Below are positions 56,279 to 64,000 of a DNA stretch of 64,000 nucleotides, piece after piece. A program made the translations under genes and the position numbers. This stretch comes from Octopus vulgaris (taxonomy: Eukaryota), in assembly GCA_951406725.2 (NCBI GenBank), contig OX597818.1, forward strand, positions 121,768,001 through 121,832,000, in the 5' to 3' direction. Under the pieces are notes generated by a model. That model did no database searches and was not told the DNA's origin. It saw only the letters and a program-made list of their open reading frames with translations. Numbering within the stretch: the first letter of the stretch is position 1; each line of letters opens with the position of its first letter.

Positions 56279-58089
56279 CGAACGCCACGCATCCTTTTCC
56301 ATATATATGTAGATATGTACATAAATATACTTATATATGCATATATTTATATATTTTATATACTATTATATGATCGAACGCCACGCATCTTTTTCCAAGT
56401 AAGTTTTATCTATCTTAACGGCTACTTGCAAGTGATTAGGACATCTGGCAGTATGTATCATCTTTTCGTAATGGTTTATCTTTCTATGTAGTCGTGAGCA
56501 GACCTAGAAACTCTCTCGGCATTTCCGTCTTGAACTTAAAGGACACTCACGATGAGCTAGTAGTTATTTTCAGCTGAACAGACTTCAGCAACGTGAAATG
56601 AAAATGCGCCATCTAGTCCCGAAATCGAACCCACGACTTTATGATAATAAGACCAGTACACTAGCCTCTAGTCCACGAGATAAACACAAAAAAAATTGTG
56701 TAAAGATATAATCTCTTCACCCTGTATTTTGCAGGTTAGCATTCCATCAATCGGTGGAGTGATAGAAATTGTAGATTGTCAGCCTCGAAACGTTAACTTA
56801 TGTATTTTAAAGCTATAACATTGTTACAATCTAGGTGGTGATCTGTTTGGCTTCCATACATCTTAATTAGATATATTAAGTACCTGTAATATGCTGGTTT
56901 CATTCAGACTATATTTTCTCAATATACTGTGCATTCGTGTATTAATTTGTGGCATTACGCCAGTGTAAGAAATCAATATTTTTGTACTAAATCACCCGCG
57001 GAAGCACACGCACACACACACACGTGCAGACTCACATGCACGCGTATCTACGTAAACACTTAACTATTATCGTTGGTATTTATACAGGAATCTGAGAGAA
57101 ATCATTGTAAAGACTTAGATAGCTACCTCTGTCACACACACACACACACACACACCTGCGTATAACGGAAAAGACATACAATCGTAACTTATTCTTTTAT
57201 TCTATCACCCAAACAATACATACACATGCGTGCGCGTACACATATTTGCGCGCTGGTGCACAATACATTATAGTATGGACTTAAACATACAACTTAGCCT
57301 TCTATACATACGCATGCAATGGAATTCACACCATGACAAACGAGTATGAAATGCTTTAATATTTACAAACACAATCGTCACATTAATACATACACACGTA
57401 CACATACATACATACATACATACATACATACATACATACATACATACATACATACATACATACATACATACATACATGCATACATACATACATATATGCA
57501 TACATACATAAATACATACATACATACATAACAAGACATACATTTATAATATACAAACATAAACATACGCACAAACATAACATATATAAACATACATACA
57601 TACATTTATGTGTGTATATACGTGTATATTTTTTTCCCTAGTTCTAGATCAAACAGTGTTCATAAACAAGTTAATAAGTACTTATTCGAAAGGCAATGAA
57701 AACATTAATCTGTAACTATTGGGAAGAGAAGCAAATATTTTTTTGTATTATAACAGCATCTATTTGAAGTCTCGTCGGTGAATAGTTGTTCTAACAAAGA
57801 GTTACAACAATATCAAAATAAAAAAAAAACCCACATTCGAGTGGATGATGGATTATCTTTTCAAGAATTCAAATAAACACGCAAGCGCAAAGAGAAGAAA
57901 TACAGAAACAAATGAAAAATATTAATATAAAAAATGAGGCAAAATATTTTCTTGTCTTGTTAAACCACTTTGCTAATTAAATTATCTGTATAAAGTATGG
58001 CAAAAACTTTATTTTATTTTTCCACAAGCCTTCAATTCTTACTGTGTCGGTTGGCATTGTCAAACCTCAGAATATTACTGGTAAATTAA

Positions 58090-58473
58090 TAATGGTTTTA
58101 TATTTTGGCACAAGGCCACTAATTTCGTGGGAGAGGTCAGGTCGATTATATCGACCTCCAGTGCTCAACTTGTGCTTATTTTATCGACTCCGAAAGGAGG
58201 TAAGGTAAAGTCGACCTCGGCGGAATTTGAACTCAAAACTTTTGATCGGCATCTTACTGGTTGATAAATAATAACTATTTCTTTACTACCCATAAGGGGC
58301 TAAACACAGAGGGGGCAAACAAGAAGAGACAGACTGATTAAGTAGATTATATCGACCCCAGTGCGTAACTGGTACTTAATTTACCGACCCCGAAAGGATG
58401 AAAGACAAAGTCGACCTCGGCGGAATTTGAACTCAAAACTTTTGATCGGCATCTTACTGGTTGATAAATAATA
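58090..58473 (-). mobile_element. Two SINE family B pieces sharing a duplicated junction
   Basis: The family B core occurs twice; 58208-58273 equals 58408-58473, including non-SINE flank. Confidence 0.8.
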
Positions 58474-58594
58474 CCGAACATAATTTGGGAAACAAACGGA
58501 TGCATTAAATTGACGAACAAAAAATAGATGCAGTAGCAGACTAATAGTGCAGTTTTCTGTCACTCGAACGATACATACATACATAAATTCTCAT

Positions 58595-59100
58595 TTGTAC
58601 CTATCATCATAGGTGCACAAAAACCTTGAAGTACTCGGTTTCACGGAAAAAGAGTAAATGAAACTGACACGGATTCCCCAAATCCAGTTTATTAGTGACA
58701 CAGTGAAGATTTGTAAGACATTATAAAAAATTCTCGATGTGAGATTCTTAAGTGAATAGATGCACAAACTTGGGTGTATGCATCGACAGTCCAGCCACCA
58801 CACCATCTCAACCATATGTTTACAAACATTGGGAGCTCTTTTAACTCAAACAGTCTTGTTACGCTGTTAGAGACCGGCTTGAACTCTCCCAAGAGGAATT
58901 CAAGTTAAACTCAAAGAAAATAACTCGTACACAATACAAGCATACATGTATGCATACGTGCATACATACATGTAACTACGGATTTGCTCAAAATCTAGAA
59001 ATGCCAGCATTTTCAAGAGCAAAAGAAACTGACTCGCGTCCTCCAAATTCAATGTATTAGCTTCGCAATATAAAAATTTGAGAGATGCCAAAGATTCTCC
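58595..59100 (+). mobile_element. Two decayed RLE-type LINE C-terminal remnants
   Basis: 'VPIIIG...NLEVLGFTEKE*MKLTRIPQIQFISDTVKICKT' (58597-58722) and a paralogous 'KLTRVLQIQCIS' (~59026-59061). Confidence 0.6.
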
Positions 59101-59419
59101 ATTTGAATTTCTTTAGATGAAAATGTATCAACCCACTTGGTTGTGTGCATTTATCAAGCCAAAGATGTAAAAGGTAATGATGAACACAGTCGCAGGCTCG
59201 CAGGTACACAAAACACGCTTGCGCGTATGCACAAGTCCCTAAGTACTAAGGAAACATGTTCACACAGGTGCGTACACCTACATATATGCACACATTAACT
59301 CGATCACATATTTTCAAACTCCGGAAAGGGTCTCAATACAAAATGTCTTGTCACTTTGCTAGCGGCCAGCTTGAACTCCTTGAAGAACAATTTAAATACA
59401 TCTAAAAGAAAATATATAT

Positions 59420-59690
59420 CAGTCTCTTTTTGCCGAACCGCTAAGTTTCGGGATGTAAGTAAATCAACACTTGTTGACAAGTGGGGGACAAACACAAACA
59501 CATATATACGTACATACACGCATCCACAGGCACACATATATACACCAGCGCCTCCGCAAAGTTTCCATCTACCAAATTCACTCACAAGGCATTGGCCATT
59601 CTGGGATTATAGGGGAGGATATTCGTCCAGGTGTTCGAAACCACATGGCTGCAAACTGAACTTTTTAACTACACAGCGAAACTTGCACCT
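59420..59690 (-). mobile_element. SINE family A, diverged
   Basis: gtctctttttgccgaaccgctaagtt...tttccatctaccaaattcactcacaaggc. Confidence 0.75.
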
Positions 59691-59786
59691 ATGAATGTTG
59701 TCTTAGAATATAATTCTTCTTTAAATCTAATAGATTATAAAAAGTATATAAATAATATATAAATATATGCATATATACATACATAC

Positions 59787-59950
59787 CGGGTATCATTGCC
59801 GAGTTGGAGGTGTTCCGAGAACCGGTCAGCCAAGCGGCGTCCCGTTTGCCCGATGTATAGAGAAGGGCAGAGAGTGCTGGAGATGCTATACAACTTGTAC
59901 TGAAGAGCTAAGAAAAGCTGGAATGTGTGTACAGTTGCTGGGGAATTTTT
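59787..59950 (-). mobile_element. Penelope-like element GIY-YIG endonuclease fragment
   Basis: 'LYSISSTLCPSLYIGQTGRRLADRFSEHL' is a clear GIY-YIG YIGxT-R-R-EH motif. Confidence 0.85.
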
Positions 59951-60305
59951 CGACACGAAACTCATAGTTAATTCCTGATTTTATAACAATGATTTTCTAC
60001 ATTTGAACAATGCTTCAAAAGCAATGAAACCAATTTCACTGATCCCTTTATGAGATTACATAAAATAAAGCCCGTTATTTAAAAATAGCCAATGAATTTC
60101 ATTGAATTAATTGCATATACAATGCAGGTTGAAGAATTTACTCTAAAGTTCATTGTGGCAATAGACACACGTTTACATACATACATTCATACATACATAA
60201 ATACATACATACATACATACATACATACGTCTTATGTATAATGTAATATATATGTATATCTCTGTATATATGTTTGTATGCATGTATGTATGTATGCACG
60301 TAATA

Positions 60306-60356
<51 letters not shown>

Positions 60357-60415
60357 ACACACATGTACACAAACATATATGCGTTGACCTCTCTTTCTAC
60401 CTGTCTCTCTGTATA

Positions 60416-60451
<36 letters not shown>

Positions 60452-60790
60452 TATACATATGTATGCATGTATACATATACATGTATGTATGCATGTATAC
60501 ATATACATATATATACACACACACATATACAATATGTGTGTTTGCGTATGCACGTATGTAAGTTTATGTGTATATGCGATGTTTTAGTGAATGTGGATAT
60601 TGTATTACATTTTTGTCTATATATATTTATACGTACGTAGCATGCAAGTTCGTATGTATGTAGGCATGTATGTATGTATGTACGTATTTACGAATGTATG
60701 CATGCATGCATGTATGTATGTATGTATGTATGTATGTATATATGACTGCATGTATGTATATATATGTATGTATGTGTGTGTGCGCGTGTA

Positions 60791-60828
<38 letters not shown>

Positions 60829-61537
60829 ATATGTAGGATCGTTCAGATTTCAGCACTTATGTTGCCGCATATACGTATAGAAGGTGAGTTTGCTTTATTT
60901 GTCTCCATGTAATTTACCATATTATTTCATTTTAGATATCGAAGCACTTAGAATGCAATTTTATTGACTATTGCGAAAATTTCGAGAAACAGAGTTCAGC
61001 TGTGCTGTCGATAACTATGTTTATCTATAAGAATCTGATAAAATTCTGATTTTTGAAATCATTTTAGGAAAATGTGTTCTGAAAGGTTTCCTTGCTGAAT
61101 AAAGTAATTTGCTTTTCGCAAACTCGCACGTAGAATTAGTTCTAAATTTAAACTCTTCAATTTCTTTTTCTATAAAGTACTTTTCTATAATGGTGAATTG
61201 CATGTATGTATGTATGTATGTATGTATGTATGTATGTATGTATATATATATGTATGTATGTGCATAAGTGTGTGCATTCACTCATATACACATACGTACA
61301 CGCATAAATACACACACACACACACACGCACACACATATATATACAGTTCTATATTTGAGAGATGAGGAATTATATACATTATTTACATTTGACTGATAT
61401 TTGTCCTCATCTTGTACTCTCCAGGGTTCTCATTCCTAAGATATATTTCCGATGTTGTTGTTGTTATCCTCCTCCTCCTCCTCCTCCTCCTCCTCCCCAT
61501 CACCAGTTTTTTTCATGGGGCAAATCCAGGTTTTTGC

Positions 61538-61609
<72 letters not shown>

Positions 61610-61988
61610 CATTCAGTAGTTTTATTTTTATAGCGTGCTTTCACTTCACTACCGAGCGCAGCTCTGTGTGCCTTGGGTATGTGCTGTGATTTGTTGTGAT
61701 GCTCTGATGGTTATTGTATGGAAAGTGTTCTGCGTAGGATGTGTGCAGTGCCTAGTAGTGCAATTTTCTGTATGTTATATGTGTTTGTAAGTCCTGGCGT
61801 TTTTGTTATGTATTTGTCTGAATATTTTTTTATCATGCCTAATGCACCTACTATGATAGGAACTGTTTCTGTTTTCAGATTCCACATTCTAGTTACCTCT
61901 ATTTCCAGGTCTTTGTATTTTGAGAGTTTCTCCATTTCTTTTAGAGACACCTTGTCATCTGCCGGTATTGATACATCAATTAGAAAGC

Positions 61989-61990
<2 letters not shown>
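61610..61990 (-). mobile_element. 5'-truncated R4/Dong-type LINE (RLE C-terminus plus 3' UTR) inserted in (TAA)n
   Basis: Open frame CFLIDVSIPADDKVSLKEMEKLSKYKDLEIEVTRMWNLKTETVPIIVGALG...LLGTAHILRRTLSIQ*, with (TTA)n on both sides (61538-61609 and 61990-62053). Confidence 0.9.
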
Positions 61991-62054
<64 letters not shown>

Positions 62055-62114
62055 CATAATCATCATCATCATCATCATCATCAGCATTATCATCGTCATT
62101 ATTATTATCAGAGA

Positions 62115-62600
62115 CAATGATTTATAATAAGAGTTGGTAAACTTTTCAACATTTTTAAGTGCTACCTGGTCACTTGCGACTGTTATATCAGTAATGAAAG
62201 TTTCGGAGAACTCTTTGACCTCCGATTTAATGTCGGGTCGTCTATGCACGGTCACTGTGTTTGTTTGCACATTAATGCCCCACAGAATTTTAGCAACGTT
62301 GTTTTCTGTGGTTGGCTGTCCTATGTTTATTGCATTTTCATATGCGTTTTATCCATGGAGCTTACTGTGACCTTCCAGTTCAGTAACCCCTTAATCTGAA
62401 TTTTCATCTCATCAGACGTCATTCTAACTGGATTATGTTTCATTCGCAGACTTGATTACTAGTTTCTCATTCGCTCTCGCTAACCGCTTTGCATTCCTGT
62501 TAATGCCACTGGCCGAGACTACTGATCTGACCAAAAATGTGTTGATTCTTCCAGATTAGAACATCCATACTCTCCGGTCTCTCGATTCAAATACGTATAA
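62115..62600 (-). mobile_element. Older R4/Dong-type LINE remnant
   Basis: 'TTENNVAKILWGINVQTNTVTVHRRPDI...ITDITVASDQVALKNVEKF' matches the RLE KILWD-QTD-RPDI-D motif series. Confidence 0.7.
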
Positions 62601-62847
62601 AACTTCTGCTAGCTCGAATAAAAGAGCTTATTGAGCGATTCTTGCCAAGTTTTCAAAGTGGCACACAATCACTGATCTAAAAATAAAAATATTATTTTTT
62701 CTAAATCTCTCAAAGAGAGGCATTCAGTAGCAGTTCTTCAAAGTAAAGGATATTTGCCTTTATAATGTGGATGTTCTGTAAGGGACGATGATACTGTTTT
62801 AGCCCCAAGAAACATCGTTTCTAGCAGGCTATACGACACAATATCTG

Positions 62848-63256
62848 TACAGGGTGTCCCAAAAGTACCTGACGGGTTTCAAGTTTTAATAACTTCCTTA
62901 ACTTTACAAATAAATGCTCTGCTAAAATTGTTACTGAATGTCACGAGGCACATTCTAGTGAAGTTGAGCATCTTATATGGCCATCACAGTCCCCAGATCT
63001 CAATATTATTGAACATTTATGGTACATTTTAGAAAAACAAATGAGTCGATATCCTCCACCATCATCGCTACAAGAACTGGAGACTGTTTTAGCTGAAGAA
63101 TGGACAAAAATTCCTTTGGAAACAATTCAAACTTTGTACGAGTCCATACCTCATAGAAATCATGCTGTAATTACTGCTATAGGCGGTCCTACTCTATATT
63201 AAAATAAATTTGTTTGAAATTTTAAGGTGTTTTCATTATTTTGTCCAACTTCTGTA
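62848..63256 (+). mobile_element. Internally deleted Tc1 (DD34E-type) transposon
   Basis: TA-cagggtgtcc start and ...tccaacttctg-TA end. 62951-63202 translates openly as HLIWPSQSPDLNIIEHLWYILEKQ...LQELETVLAEEWTKIPLETIQTLYESIP...GGPTLY*. Confidence 0.88.
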
Positions 63257-63306
63257 TATATATCTTATAATTATTTACATTATTTACATTTGACGGATAA
63301 TAATAA

Positions 63307-63375
<69 letters not shown>

Positions 63376-63399
63376 ACTACTACTAATAATAATAATAAT

Positions 63400-63612
63400 A
63401 AAATAATCCTTTCTACTAAAGGCACGAGGCCTGAAATTTTGGGAGAGGGGACCAGTCAATTACATCGACCCCAGTGCTCAACTGGTATTTATTTTGTCGA
63501 TCACGAAAGGATGAAAGGCGAAGTCGACCTCGGCGGAATTTGAACTTAAAGCGTAAGGACGGACGAAATACCACCAAGCATTTCGCCCGGCATGCAAACG
63601 ATTCTGCCAGCT
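63400..63612 (-). mobile_element. SINE family B next to (TAA)n
   Basis: Reverse-complement match to 15568-15780. Confidence 0.88.
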
Positions 63613-64000
63613 TAGAGTGTGTGTGTATGTGTGTGTGTGTGTGTGTGTGTGCGCGCGAGTGTGTTGTTTCGTTATTGTAGAATGAACAAAAAGTTGTCAA
63701 TCCAAAATTTAATAAACAGAATTTTCAAAGTGAGCCACAATAAATTTCCTGTTCCGATTGAACAGTAAACCGACAAGCTTGTATAGCATGCCATGTGCTA
63801 TCCTGCAATCTTTCAGGCTCGAAATAAACCTGGCTGCTCTCTGATAAAAGCGAGAGAGAACGAGAGATAAAGTGAGAGATGGAAAAAAAAAAGGACTGAA
63901 CGGAGAAAAAGCGAAAAACGAATGAAAAGAAATAAATGAAAAGAAAAAAGAGTTATGTCCCTTCGGCCAGTTTGCATGGGAATTAGCAATGGTTGCGTAG

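Noticed and set aside
62395-62420. Minus-strand CTGATGA-gat-GAAA
   Set aside because: No helix II is possible; it lies inside a LINE remnant and is probably chance.

Overview
AT-rich, microsatellite-dense animal genomic DNA. The tRNA-derived SINE families, R4/Dong, RTE and CR1-group LINE pieces and Penelope remnants match what I recognise from octopod cephalopod (Octopus) genomes; the species assignment is an inference. Most of the ORF track is translated microsatellite. The window holds three SINE families, LINE remnants of three kinds, several Penelope-like element (PLE) remnants, a non-autonomous Helitron, Tc1/mariner and hAT remnants, a 6-copy ~130-bp minisatellite and a 100-N gap beside a probable fold-back misassembly (3.7-8.9 kb). 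Only one host exon is well supported: a 258-bp phase-1/phase-1 Ser/Thr/Pro-rich (mucin-like) exon on the minus strand at 43506-43763. The most interesting signal is a set of short, non-coding, often palindromic elements carrying minimal type I hammerhead-ribozyme (HHR) motifs. These are a near-canonical HHR at 36191-36237, a nested palindrome with four HHR-like cores at 34.7-35.0 kb, a tandem HHR-like unit between direct repeats at 21.9-22.6 kb, and further motifs at 29.1 and 45.0 kb. All folds and alignments were read by eye, and boundaries of decayed elements are approximate.
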